Part shown: positions 53,418 through 62,868 of the stretch, in pieces | How positions within the stretch are numbered: position 1 is the stretch's first letter | Layout of the letters: each line of letters opens with the position of its first letter | IMG/VR virus record: IMGVR_UViG_3300033076_001137 | Coordinates: 1-64,000 of that record | Direction: 5' to 3' (one strand) | Length of the DNA stretch: 64,000 nucleotides | DNA from: a virus | Lineage: Duplodnaviria > Caudoviricetes | Position numbers and translations under genes: made by a program | Notes under the pieces: model-generated | The model's database searches: none | The model's input: the letters and a program-made list of their open reading frames with translations, nothing else | What the model was told of the DNA's origin: nothing

Positions 53418-56400
53418 CAGGTCCTTGTCTTAGGTGCCTTATTGTATTCATTGTAAGCCACTTGATTAGTGCGCGTTCCGCGACCATACGGACTTGTCTC
53501 TCCACCTTCAGTAATCTTTGTAATCGTCTCTCCAACTGGGTACAGCGGCGCGCGGTTGAATCCTTCGTGATCGAGACCTGGGGCGATGTCGTGCATGACG
53601 TCGAACTGCATGTCGACTGTGCAATAGCGCGGAGCACGATTTCCAGGGCCGTCATCTCCAGCTCCCCACGGAGCGTCCATCCATCCGAATTTTAGTGAGG
53701 TGCAGACTGCGGGAAGTCCCTTGCCCATCGTCGACTCGAATGAACGTATGATCGCGTTACCGTCGGGATCGTAAAAGGTCTTTTTGTCCATGGCGGGACC
53801 AGATGTGGTTGATCCGCTTGTCACGACGTAGGACTCAGATATCATTTTATCGATCATCCTTGTCTCTGGAGTCTCGACTTTCGTCGATCTCACTGCGCCA
53901 TTGAATTCTGACGCGAAATGTCGATATTTTTTTCCGCCAACGCTAAACTCGTACACAGACTTGCCGTCTTGCTTTGCGCCGGCGCTTAATTTAGTTCCGG
54001 AGGGAATGGTCACGGGTTCCGTCCCGCCGCCAATGATCCGAACATTACTAAATTTTAATTCCGTAGTCGTGACAGTCGGGCCGTCTTTCGAGCTTGTGTA
54101 AGACTCTTTTATCTGAACGACGTTCCCGCTAGCGTCACGTTCTGGAACCATTCTCGTCGCTGTCACTTCCTCGTTCACGCTGGTGAATTTCAAATTTGAA
54201 TTTTCGTTTTGCTTGCTTGATACATCGGGATCAGCGAACCCAAAGAGCCTCTTCAGATTGAAACGCGAGTAATTGGAGCGGATCAGGTCACCGACACGAA
54301 CCCTGATCACTGGCGTCGCTGTAGGAATTTGGGAAAATGGCTGGATAAACGGGAACTTCACCTGGGTTCCACCTGCGTTGTTGGTACCCTGATTTATGCT
54401 AAGTTCCCGACCCTTCGACCATTGCGGGTAGACCATCGTCGTGAGCTTATTGATCTGCCACCACATGTGCTCGAAATCCTGCGGGTTGGCTGCAAACAGG
54501 TGGAATTTCACGCTGAGAGATCGTTTCGTCCCCTTGTAGATCTTCGCATCCTCGATGCGACCGTATCCTGATATCGATGAGTACTCCGCTTGAAACCCGT
54601 CGCTGACGTCGTCCAAGAAAGCGTTGAATGAGATGATTTCGTTTGTTCTAAGATCTTGGAAGTAGAATGGCATATATTCGGAATCAAGAAGCTGCTCGAT
54701 CTCACCAACTTGCTCTGGGGTGAAACGATTTTTTCCTTTTGGTGAATCGCCAAAAAACAACTGAGTTTTCAGATTCGAAGTCTCTAAAGCTTCATTAATT
54801 TTTATCTTATATTGCGTGGGCAACAATCTCAGAGCGGGTATGTTATACCCGTCGAGTGATGTTATTTTTGAGCCCGCGGAAGCTTTGGGTGATCTTATTC
54901 TGCTCGAGGCAAAGGAGACGTTGGATTTATGATCTGCGGTCTCATTAATGCTATACTCTCTCGATGCATCATATCGAAGGTAGATCATATCGCCTGATTT
55001 AGCAAAAACTTCAACAATGTCCACTATTCCAGCAGAGAATATCGATTCTACGACGCCGGAAGTTGCGAAACTGATCACGTCCGGTGTCGACCTGACCTCA
55101 GCTGCTATCGAGTTGATATTCTTTGATATGTTTCTAAAAATCGTCTCGTAATAACCTCGCTCCTGCTTTAGGGCGGCGAGCTCTAGCGTTCTTGCTGCTA
55201 GACCCAGGGAAATCTCAAGAAAAGAGAAAGCTTTATTTTGATCGGGTGAAGAGTCAGGATTGACGCCCATGAAAGCTGAAAAGCCGAGCATCGCGCATTC
55301 AAAGTACCCACGCCTAGACACCGGCCTGTAGAACTCTGGCGCGCCGGCGCTTTTAATCAAGTTCGAAGCGAAAGACATCAGACGATCAAACGTGCCATCA
55401 TCTACCGCCGGTTTAACACCGTACTTCCCCAGGACGAGAGAATCATTTTCGGATCCTAACGTGCTATCGTGAGCTCCTATGACAGATGGTGGCGCGCCGT
55501 CCGTTCCAAAAAGATTCTGAGCTCCAACGATCACCGCAGCTACAGCGGTGATGGAAGCATAGATCGCGATTGAAGTGATCGCAAATGTCGAGATGTTCGA
55601 TTGTGGAGCTGTGAAGGGCTCAAGTGGGCTGTACGCCACACCGGATGACTTACGGGCGTACCTATCTTCTCCGATTCCGTCCGTGGTGATCACGGCGTCA
55701 GTTGAGCCCGTATCACCTGACATACGACGCGTCGTTGAATTCATACCCTGCAAAGGAACATATTTCGCGGGGCGCAGATCATCAACATCGACTCGTGATA
55801 TTCCAGACTGAACGGTAGAAGGTTCAATGCCCGCCTTGAGCGGGTTGTTCTCGTATTCCGCTGGATCGCCGTGACCTTTATTCTTTCCGGTCGCTGCGAG
55901 AAGCATATCGAGAGTCGAGTTTCTGATATCATCGATCGATATTCTCGCAGCTCTAGGGTCGTAAGAGCTGCTGAGACCCTCCTCACTCAAAGTGTCCGAA
56001 ACGGTCGCTCTCGATGATGCTGTTGTCGTGTCCTGATCCGGAAAATTCGGACGAGCCGGTGACGCAGCGTTGCTGCTGTCCACCACTTCAGCACCCGCCC
56101 GGGCCGTTGCGGGTCGATTAAGCATATAGTGACCGAGAGTGCTCGGTCTCGTGGTCGGATTGTTGCCCTCCCCGAGTGTTCCCTTATCAACAAGATCGTT
56201 GAGATCGCCACCGGGACGACCGTCGAACTTACCCGAGTTCGAATACTCGAAAGTATCGGCGATACGATCACCGATCATGTCGGTGAAGCCCTTGGTCCTG
56301 ATCTCATCCTCAGCGATCGGAAACGTGTTTGATCGTTCCGGGATCGAACCGGCGAACTCGATCACCTCATCTCTCGGAACACGACCACGAGTGATCGAAG

Positions 56401-56524
56401 CGAGGTAGGAACCTAACGTTCTCTTCTGGTCACGGGAGACATCATTCTCACCAGGAACGACGTACCCATCGCCATCGGGATCCTCGAGCTTTGGATAGGG
56501 CGGATCAAAACGTGTTGTCGACAT
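53417..56524 (-). CDS. Tail tube initiator / baseplate protein with long N-terminal region
   Basis: PFYFQDLRT..IISFNAFLDDVSD...YGR....IYKGTKRSLSVKF tube-fold pattern; between tape measure and LysM gene. Confidence 0.6.
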   Translation of the reverse strand: MSTTRFDPPYPKLEDPDGDGYVVPGENDVSRDQKRTLGSYLASITRGRVPRDEVIEFAGSIPERSNTFPIAEDEIRTKGFTDMIGDRIADTFEYSNSGKFDGRPGGDLNDLVDKGTLGEGNNPTTRPSTLGHYMLNRPATARAGAEVVDSSNAASPARPNFPDQDTTTASSRATVSDTLSEEGLSSSYDPRAARISIDDIRNSTLDMLLAATGKNKGHGDPAEYENNPLKAGIEPSTVQSGISRVDVDDLRPAKYVPLQGMNSTTRRMSGDTGSTDAVITTDGIGEDRYARKSSGVAYSPLEPFTAPQSNISTFAITSIAIYASITAVAAVIVGAQNLFGTDGAPPSVIGAHDSTLGSENDSLVLGKYGVKPAVDDGTFDRLMSFASNLIKSAGAPEFYRPVSRRGYFECAMLGFSAFMGVNPDSSPDQNKAFSFLEISLGLAARTLELAALKQERGYYETIFRNISKNINSIAAEVRSTPDVISFATSGVVESIFSAGIVDIVEVFAKSGDMIYLRYDASREYSINETADHKSNVSFASSRIRSPKASAGSKITSLDGYNIPALRLLPTQYKIKINEALETSNLKTQLFFGDSPKGKNRFTPEQVGEIEQLLDSEYMPFYFQDLRTNEIISFNAFLDDVSDGFQAEYSSISGYGRIEDAKIYKGTKRSLSVKFHLFAANPQDFEHMWWQINKLTTMVYPQWSKGRELSINQGTNNAGGTQVKFPFIQPFSQIPTATPVIRVRVGDLIRSNYSRFNLKRLFGFADPDVSSKQNENSNLKFTSVNEEVTATRMVPERDASGNVVQIKESYTSSKDGPTVTTTELKFSNVRIIGGGTEPVTIPSGTKLSAGAKQDGKSVYEFSVGGKKYRHFASEFNGAVRSTKVETPETRMIDKMISESYVVTSGSTTSGPAMDKKTFYDPDGNAIIRSFESTMGKGLPAVCTSLKFGWMDAPWGAGDDGPGNRAPRYCTVDMQFDVMHDIAPGLDHEGFNRAPLYPVGETITKITEGGETSPYGRGTRTNQVAYNEYNKAPKTRT

Positions 56525-56775
56525 CAGAATCTCCTAGGAGCTCGCTTTGTGGGTGTAGAACCGTCGCCGTCTATTGATTTCACCGGCTCTTCGCTTGACA
56601 TTGCTCTCGACATCTCTGTCAAAGTCCCACCAGGGAGTGCGGAGGTAACAGCGTTGTAGTGTTGCAGGATTGAGGCGAGCTGCTCCTCCACGAGATTTCT
56701 CTCGTTCTCAGGTACCTGTTCCATCATTGACCTGTAGAACGGGCTTGACTTTATCATGTCGCTGAAGTTTGTCAT
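56524..56775 (-). CDS. Hypothetical protein
   Basis: ORF 83 aa. Confidence 0.65.
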   Translation of the reverse strand: MTNFSDMIKSSPFYRSMMEQVPENERNLVEEQLASILQHYNAVTSALPGGTLTEMSRAMSSEEPVKSIDGDGSTPTKRAPRRF

Positions 56776-56778
56776 CTA

Positions 56779-59700
56779 TTATTTCCTAAACTCGCCTGTT
56801 TCTGCGCTTCTGCTGGATCGAACCAAGCTCTTGTTAGATTCGATGAATTTCTCCGTGCTGAAGAAGTCGTCAACGCCGTCGGTTGTCGTGAGGAACTTCT
56901 TGAATTGATCCGTCGGATTCACGTAACCGCTCATGACAAGCTCTTCACTCATCTTCTGAGCGTTCATGTTGACCGTCATCGCAACCTTAACGACCACTGC
57001 ACCACCGTTAACGCTCATCGTTGTCTTTGCGACATTCATGTTCTCCGACATAGCGTCAAGGGTCGCGTCGAGCGGGATGGTGTCAAGGTTCTCCATGATC
57101 TCACGGATGGACGTGATGTGACCGGTGACGGCCTTGAGTCGATCCGTGAACTGATCGAGCTTGTAGCCCGCGAGTCTCTCGCTGACACTCTCAGCGCGAT
57201 CAAGGTAAGAATCCAAAGGATCAAAGACACCATCGAAGCTGAGATTTGAGCCTACGTTCTCATAAGCCAGTAGAGATAGAGCGCCCATTCCGTTGGGATT
57301 TATCGCAGCGTCCTGGAAGAGCCACGACAGTTCTGAAATGGGCCCGCCCTCTTCGCCTAGAGCTTTCATCGATCTTGCAGCGCGTCTCTGATCACCGACC
57401 GTTATCCCTGATAGCTTTTGGACCAGCTCGGAAACTTTCTCTATCACGCTGGTCATGCTCAGCATCGAATCAACTTTCTGCTGCATCGAAGCCGTGTCCA
57501 CGTTCGGGATGCCGCGTAGTATATCCTGAATTGATTTTTGTGTCCCGTCCTTCGTCCCAACACTAGCGAATAGCTGCATCGCTCTCGACATCGAAGACTT
57601 CATCTTCGTGATGCTTTCGCTTGTTATGTTGGTGCTACCAACGTTCTTAGCGATATCAGCGATTGCAGAAATTACTTTCGATATCGAGCCCAAAGCATTC
57701 GCTTTCGCTTCGAGACGGGCGGCGTTGAAATCTGGTATAATCTCCAAGTACGACTGTATACCGACGTGTTGACCGTTTGAAGAAACTGCGTATCTAAAGA
57801 GATCGACGAAATGAGCAACTACTGCTTTGACTCTTCCGATCTTATCTCCCATGGATGTTTTTCCGCCTGCGTCACCGAACGCGTCGAATGATTTCATTGC
57901 GTTGCCGATCGACACTACAGCTTTTCCAAGAGATTCAATGACCTGGCTCAACGCTGTGATGCTTCCGATCTTTCCTGCCATCGAAGAACCGACGGAAGCT
58001 GCGTTATTAATTGCCATCTTAAAATCGTCGCCGCCCATTATATCAACGATTCCGATGATGAGAGCTCTCATAGATGTCAGCAGCGACTTGATGGTTGACG
58101 TTCCTTCCGTCTCGCCCTCTTCCTTCTTGCCACCAGGGAGAAACGACTTTATCGCCGCGAGCGCGCCTGCACCCGCAAGCACCACCCCGACAGCGCTGGC
58201 TGGCATCTTGGATATAGCGAATCCGACCGCAGCGATAATTCCACCAACCGCCAACATTATTGAACCGAGAACACCACCCAGAACTAGAAGTCCAGTCACG
58301 CTCACGCCGCTTAATTTATTCGCTGCCTGACCGATGTAATCGACAAAGCTCTTACCGTCCTCGCCAGGTTTTATGAATGATTCTATCGCGTCCTTCACGG
58401 CAGCCGAGATCGTCTTGATTCCATACGCGATCGCCGTGTATGTCGCGGCAGAGCCCATTGCCTTGACTATCACGGCAAGAGCCTCCATCATGCCGCTGCT
58501 TCTCTCAGCCATCGCTGTCGTTGCACCCGCGACTCCCGTTCCCGTGCCTCCGCCAGTGCCCGGTGAACCGATTGCTTCGGTGGCCGCTCTCATGTCTGAG
58601 GCTGTGCTGGAGAGTTCTGTTGGAACGGCAGAACCACCCGTGAATATGTTCTTGATGAACTCGATCAGGTTTCCAGCGAATCCGCTGACCATCGAAAAGA
58701 TAGGACCGCCTGCGACGAACAGCCCACCCAGTGCCGTCGCGATCGGATACTCTTTGAACATACGGATCAACATGTCCATGAGCGCGTCACCGAATTCAAC
58801 GATGAGAGGCATCAGCGTCGGCAGTTGATCTATCAGAGTGTTGAAAGCATCGATGATTGCAGTCATGAGCTCGCCGAGGATGCTTCCACTTGTCTTCGGT
58901 CCGGGCTGGAATGCGCCCTTCATCGCGTCTATCATCGATTGCAGGCCAGTCTTGATCATGGGTACGAGACTCTTGATGATGGACGGTAGCGCCTTAAAGA
59001 CTTCGGTGAATATCTTCCCGATAACAGAGAGCATCGTCGAGATTATTCCAGAGAGAGTTGATCCCGAGCCTGACAGCAGGTTCATCAGGCCACCTTTGCC
59101 ATCCTCGCCCAGTATGAAGTGCTCGATCGCTTGTCCCAGCGTCTTTCCAGCCGTGAGATCGCCCGCAAAGATCTTGGCTAAATTCGAAAACCCCTTTGAA
59201 AAGTCGCTGATCAGCTTGATAAAGCCGCTGATTCCATCTCCCATCTCAGAATTCATGAATATCGATCCGATCATTCTGCCGACGTCGACTCCGATGTGGA
59301 AAACCTCTCCAAGAGCGATCGCCAGATCAGTGATTATCGGCATGAGCGACGTTCCGAAACCACGCATGAACCCCTTCATGAACGCGTCAATGAAGTTCAC
59401 GAAGGGCTCCATCCTGACAATGACATTCTCGATGTTATCGGCGAGCTCTGATATGATCTGCTGCTGTGACTTCTGCTGTTTCGCAGCAGCGTCCGCTTTC
59501 CCCGAGACCTGGTCATAGCTGAGACCCATTCCTTTCGCGGAGAACGCGAGCATCGCTTGCTGCTCATCGAGCCCTGCAGAGTCAGCGAGAAGCTTTCTTT
59601 CAGCCCTGCTCATCGACTCGATGGAACGGCCGGTTGCCGCGAACGCCTTTCTCATCTCATCGAGACGTTTCGCTGGGTCCTGCTCACGCATCATCTTCAG

Positions 59701-60750
59701 GGGATCGATGACCAGACCGAACCCCTGGGCGAGCTGCGCCGCAGCTTCGGCCCCCTGCTCGAAGTCGTCGAACTTGCCCGCGAGGTTAGCTAGCTCGTTG
59801 AGCTCGATGCCGAGCTTACGTGTGAACGCAGCTGATATGATCGTCTGCTTAACATAATCACCCGTCGTCTTGCCAAGCACCTGGAAGTTTGTGATCGCAG
59901 CGGCGACGTCCTTACCGAGAAGCTTCGTGGATATCCCAAGTGATCGACCGATCTTGTTAACGTTGTTGAGGATGCCCTGACTGAAGTCTTTCAAGCTCAG
60001 GGATGACATTCTCGAGAGAACGCCGACCTTCTTCAGCTGCTCACCGCTGAACCCAAGCGACATGTTAAGCATGTAAGTCTGAGCGGTAGCTTGACTGAAG
60101 TCCTCGCCTAGGACGTCAAAGACAGCTCCAAGATCAGAGGCATATTCCTTCATCAGTTCAAGACGCTCTATCGTTCCTTCGATGCCTGGGGCAAATTTGG
60201 AACCGAAGTAATAAGCGCCATCGGCCGAAGCTCTCAGCTGACCGTCAAAATCTCCAAGAGCGCGTTTGACTCGTCCTGATGTGTTTTCCGCGAAACTTCC
60301 AAACGCTTTTCGAACTTGCTCGAAAGCTTCACGTAGGGCGTACATCGATTCGATCAGCTTGTTAGCCATCTCGAGCGCGCCTTCGTACGCCTGGCCCAGA
60401 AACCCTTTAATCGCGTTTATTGGAGTCGTGATCGCTGTGAACAGGGAGCTCACATTCGTCTTAAGAAGCTCCCATGAGTTCGACAGCATGTCGGTGACGC
60501 TGAGGCCTTTGGACATCGTGTCGAATGTTCCCGCAGCTGCGGTCGCAGCGGCATCTGCAGCGGCAGCGAAATCATTAGTTGCGTTTCCTGCGTCGCGCAT
60601 GGAACCAGCAGCGATACCTCCCGCCTCCTTGATCTCGCGGAGTATCTGGAGCTGCTCGCCCATCGCGTTCGTCATATCACGCGTATTGGCAGCGTTCTCA
60701 GCGAGAAGACGCCGCATCTGCTCCATAAGCTCTATCTGTGCTGGATCCAT
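56779..60750 (-). CDS. Tape measure protein
   Basis: 1323 aa, Ala/Gly-rich helical, hydrophobic central segments; downstream of tube and chaperone genes. Confidence 0.85.
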   Translation of the reverse strand: MDPAQIELMEQMRRLLAENAANTRDMTNAMGEQLQILREIKEAGGIAAGSMRDAGNATNDFAAAADAAATAAAGTFDTMSKGLSVTDMLSNSWELLKTNVSSLFTAITTPINAIKGFLGQAYEGALEMANKLIESMYALREAFEQVRKAFGSFAENTSGRVKRALGDFDGQLRASADGAYYFGSKFAPGIEGTIERLELMKEYASDLGAVFDVLGEDFSQATAQTYMLNMSLGFSGEQLKKVGVLSRMSSLSLKDFSQGILNNVNKIGRSLGISTKLLGKDVAAAITNFQVLGKTTGDYVKQTIISAAFTRKLGIELNELANLAGKFDDFEQGAEAAAQLAQGFGLVIDPLKMMREQDPAKRLDEMRKAFAATGRSIESMSRAERKLLADSAGLDEQQAMLAFSAKGMGLSYDQVSGKADAAAKQQKSQQQIISELADNIENVIVRMEPFVNFIDAFMKGFMRGFGTSLMPIITDLAIALGEVFHIGVDVGRMIGSIFMNSEMGDGISGFIKLISDFSKGFSNLAKIFAGDLTAGKTLGQAIEHFILGEDGKGGLMNLLSGSGSTLSGIISTMLSVIGKIFTEVFKALPSIIKSLVPMIKTGLQSMIDAMKGAFQPGPKTSGSILGELMTAIIDAFNTLIDQLPTLMPLIVEFGDALMDMLIRMFKEYPIATALGGLFVAGGPIFSMVSGFAGNLIEFIKNIFTGGSAVPTELSSTASDMRAATEAIGSPGTGGGTGTGVAGATTAMAERSSGMMEALAVIVKAMGSAATYTAIAYGIKTISAAVKDAIESFIKPGEDGKSFVDYIGQAANKLSGVSVTGLLVLGGVLGSIMLAVGGIIAAVGFAISKMPASAVGVVLAGAGALAAIKSFLPGGKKEEGETEGTSTIKSLLTSMRALIIGIVDIMGGDDFKMAINNAASVGSSMAGKIGSITALSQVIESLGKAVVSIGNAMKSFDAFGDAGGKTSMGDKIGRVKAVVAHFVDLFRYAVSSNGQHVGIQSYLEIIPDFNAARLEAKANALGSISKVISAIADIAKNVGSTNITSESITKMKSSMSRAMQLFASVGTKDGTQKSIQDILRGIPNVDTASMQQKVDSMLSMTSVIEKVSELVQKLSGITVGDQRRAARSMKALGEEGGPISELSWLFQDAAINPNGMGALSLLAYENVGSNLSFDGVFDPLDSYLDRAESVSERLAGYKLDQFTDRLKAVTGHITSIREIMENLDTIPLDATLDAMSENMNVAKTTMSVNGGAVVVKVAMTVNMNAQKMSEELVMSGYVNPTDQFKKFLTTTDGVDDFFSTEKFIESNKSLVRSSRSAETGEFRK

Positions 60751-60777
60751 CTAGTACAGAACCTAACCTTTCTGAGC

Positions 60778-60785
60778 TTAACTAT
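60778..60785 (-). promoter_or_regulatory. ATANTTA(A) motif upstream of the tape measure gene
   Basis: ATAGTTAA 28 nt upstream of ATG 60750. Confidence 0.5.
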
Positions 60786-60800
60786 GCCCGGAGCAAAAAA

Positions 60801-61085
60801 TCAGAGCTTCCACATGATGCCGGTAGCTTTCCAAAAATCGTCAGCTGCTGCTCTTTTTTCCTCGGCAAGTTCAATCGCCCTGGGAACAGTGGTGCCATCG
60901 TTGCTCAGAGCCTCGTACAGGGCTCTTGACGTCTCGATCGCTCTCTTCGCAGCGTCAACCTGCGTCGGATCACCTGAAAGCTTTGGAAACTTTTTATTCT
61001 CGCCCAGGATGTACTTGGCCGATTCGATGAAAAGCTCGGCGACAGTGTGGTCGTTGCCCTTTACCTTCTTGCTCATTGAAAACAA
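60801..61085 (-). CDS. Hypothetical protein (start may be ATG 61076)
   Basis: ORF 94 aa; GGAG RBS; ATATTTAA at 61102-61095. Confidence 0.7.
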   Translation of the reverse strand: MFSMSKKVKGNDHTVAELFIESAKYILGENKKFPKLSGDPTQVDAAKRAIETSRALYEALSNDGTTVPRAIELAEEKRAAADDFWKATGIMWKL

Positions 61086-61101
61086 TCTCCGGGCTTAAAT
61101 A

Positions 61102-61369
61102 TCACGAGAATCGACGAAGTCGAGCAGGAGTTTCGCCTCTATGCATCCCGAGCATCGCTCGAGTCTGAGCGTCGTTCTGATGGGCAGCTCTTGTCGGATC
61201 ACCCTTCTCGGAAGCTCTTGTGAGCTCCTTGTTGAGACGGGTGATGAACCACGATCTATACTGCACCGGAATGTTGTAGCATTCCCAGTAGCTGAATCCC
61301 ATGTAATACATGAGAAGGAACGACTGCTCGAGGTAGTATTCCCTATCGTTCGGCGTCAGGCCAAAAAAA
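61102..61369 (-). CDS. Tail assembly chaperone C-terminal (T-like) frame, probably reached by frameshift
   Basis: FGLTPNDREYYLEQSFLLMYYMGFSYWECYNIPVQYRSWFITRL; overlaps the upstream gene at a T7 run. Confidence 0.65.
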
Positions 61370-62188
61370 GCTTGCCCCAAGCGGGATTCGCACCTCCGAC
61401 AGCTCATTGCATGATGGGCAGTCAAGCTCTCCCTTCATGTCGATACCAGGCTCACTGGAATCGATATGACGACGGAGCTCCATGGAGTCGCGGGCTGGCA
61501 TGTTTCTAATGAAACCGTTGATCGCAGCCCGGTCGGTCTTACCATCGATTGCAACGATGGAGTACTGGAGGCGGGAGGTGACGAGATTGTCGGCCATCGC
61601 GCCCTGCTTCTTGGCACGCTCGAGGACCGTGTTGATCTCCTCCTCATCACGACCGGTGAGGAACTTGAAGTGAACGGTCTTCTTCGTGATCGGGAGCTTG
61701 AACTCGAAAACGTTCCTGCCGTTCTCGATCGGAGCAGTCTCGAGACGCTTGATAGGAAGGGTCGAAAGATCGAAAGTCTGCTTAGACCTAGCATTACACT
61801 TCGGGCACTCGGCCTCGACGTTGTAATCGGAGCCGTACCCTGTGATTCGAAGAGCGACCATGATCGCGTTCCTATCTCCGACAAGCATGTCAGCCACGTT
61901 AATACGCTTGTCAGTGAGGCAGCTCTTGATGAGCTCCGTGATAACAGTGCCCTTCTTGATGAGAGCACGGGAAGTGAGGATATCCTCCTCACGAGCTGTC
62001 ATCGCACGAATGTCAATCGTCTCCTGACCATGAAGAGGAGACTCTGGGGAATACGCGACACCGTTCGATGGAAGTGGAACCGATTCGATCGGTACCTCAT
62101 AACCGAAATCGTCCTTCATAACGTCGCGGGTCTGAATGCCTGCGGGAACCGCGCCACCGAAGAGAGCGCTACGATCTGTCTCTGCCAA
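61343..62188 (-). CDS. Tail/baseplate assembly chaperone (T4 gp26-like)
   Basis: RAMTAREEDIL, DMLVGDRNAIMVALRITGYG, CPKC and CPSC; between tube and tape measure. Confidence 0.75.
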   Translation of the reverse strand: MAETDRSALFGGAVPAGIQTRDVMKDDFGYEVPIESVPLPSNGVAYSPESPLHGQETIDIRAMTAREEDILTSRALIKKGTVITELIKSCLTDKRINVADMLVGDRNAIMVALRITGYGSDYNVEAECPKCNARSKQTFDLSTLPIKRLETAPIENGRNVFEFKLPITKKTVHFKFLTGRDEEEINTVLERAKKQGAMADNLVTSRLQYSIVAIDGKTDRAAINGFIRNMPARDSMELRRHIDSSEPGIDMKGELDCPSCNELSEVRIPLGASFFWPDAER

Positions 62189-62264
62189 CTGAATGCTCCT
62201 AAAAGTTGCTAATGCAATTCTTCATCATAGCTGGAACTAGTAAACAAGACGCAGCCCAAAAGAA

Positions 62265-62298
62265 ATCAAGCTCCGGAGATTAACTCTCGGAGCTTGAT
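62265..62298 (-). terminator. Rho-independent terminator after the tube gene
   Basis: ATCAAGCTCCG...CGGAGCTTGAT stem with TTCTTTT tail on the minus strand. Confidence 0.8.
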
Positions 62299-62338
62299 AA
62301 CCCTTCAATTCGATAGAAGAATCTATCGAATCCTCACG

Positions 62339-62827
62339 TCAATACTGAAGCACACAGTTGTCGAAGCGAAGTGTGAGCGAGATTTCCATGGGATCATCAC
62401 CGTCGTAGGCGAGATCACCGAAACCAGCCGACGTGATGAACGCTCCCTTGATGTCCCAGAGCTCGACGACGGTGCCGACAGGATCGAGCATCTTGAGCTG
62501 GCAGTCACGCTTGTAGAAGTCAGCGTAGCCCGCGCGACCGGATACAGACTCGAAGTGGGTGCGGACCCATTCCATGACCTGCTGAGCTCCGGACGGTGCG
62601 ATAGCATCGTAGAGGACCACGTCGAGAGTGTCGAATGTGGTCTTACCAGCGATGTAGCGGCGGGAGTTGATCCATGGGATCTCCTTCTCCTCAGTCTTCA
62701 CGCTGGGACGCTTCGTCGACTTGATGAGGTAAGCGTCAATTCCTTCGATCGCGAATACCCATCGGTTCTTCCTCTTCGGTTCGAACTTATTGGGTAACAT
62801 GTCAGTGACTGAGAGTGTCTCGGCCAT
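62339..62827 (-). CDS. Tail tube protein (T4 gp19-like)
   Basis: FEPKRKNRW, PWINSRRYIAGKTTF, EWV, LKMLDPVG.VVE.WDIKGAF, LTLRFD; AGGAG RBS. Confidence 0.88.
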   Translation of the reverse strand: MAETLSVTDMLPNKFEPKRKNRWVFAIEGIDAYLIKSTKRPSVKTEEKEIPWINSRRYIAGKTTFDTLDVVLYDAIAPSGAQQVMEWVRTHFESVSGRAGYADFYKRDCQLKMLDPVGTVVELWDIKGAFITSAGFGDLAYDGDDPMEISLTLRFDNCVLQY

Positions 62828-62842
62828 TTTATCTCCTGTTCC

Positions 62843-62850
62843 TTAACTAT
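62843..62850 (-). promoter_or_regulatory. ATANTTA(A) motif upstream of the tail tube gene
   Basis: ATAGTTAA 16 nt upstream of ATG 62827. Confidence 0.55.
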
Positions 62851-62868
62851 TGTGTTTATCTTAAAATC

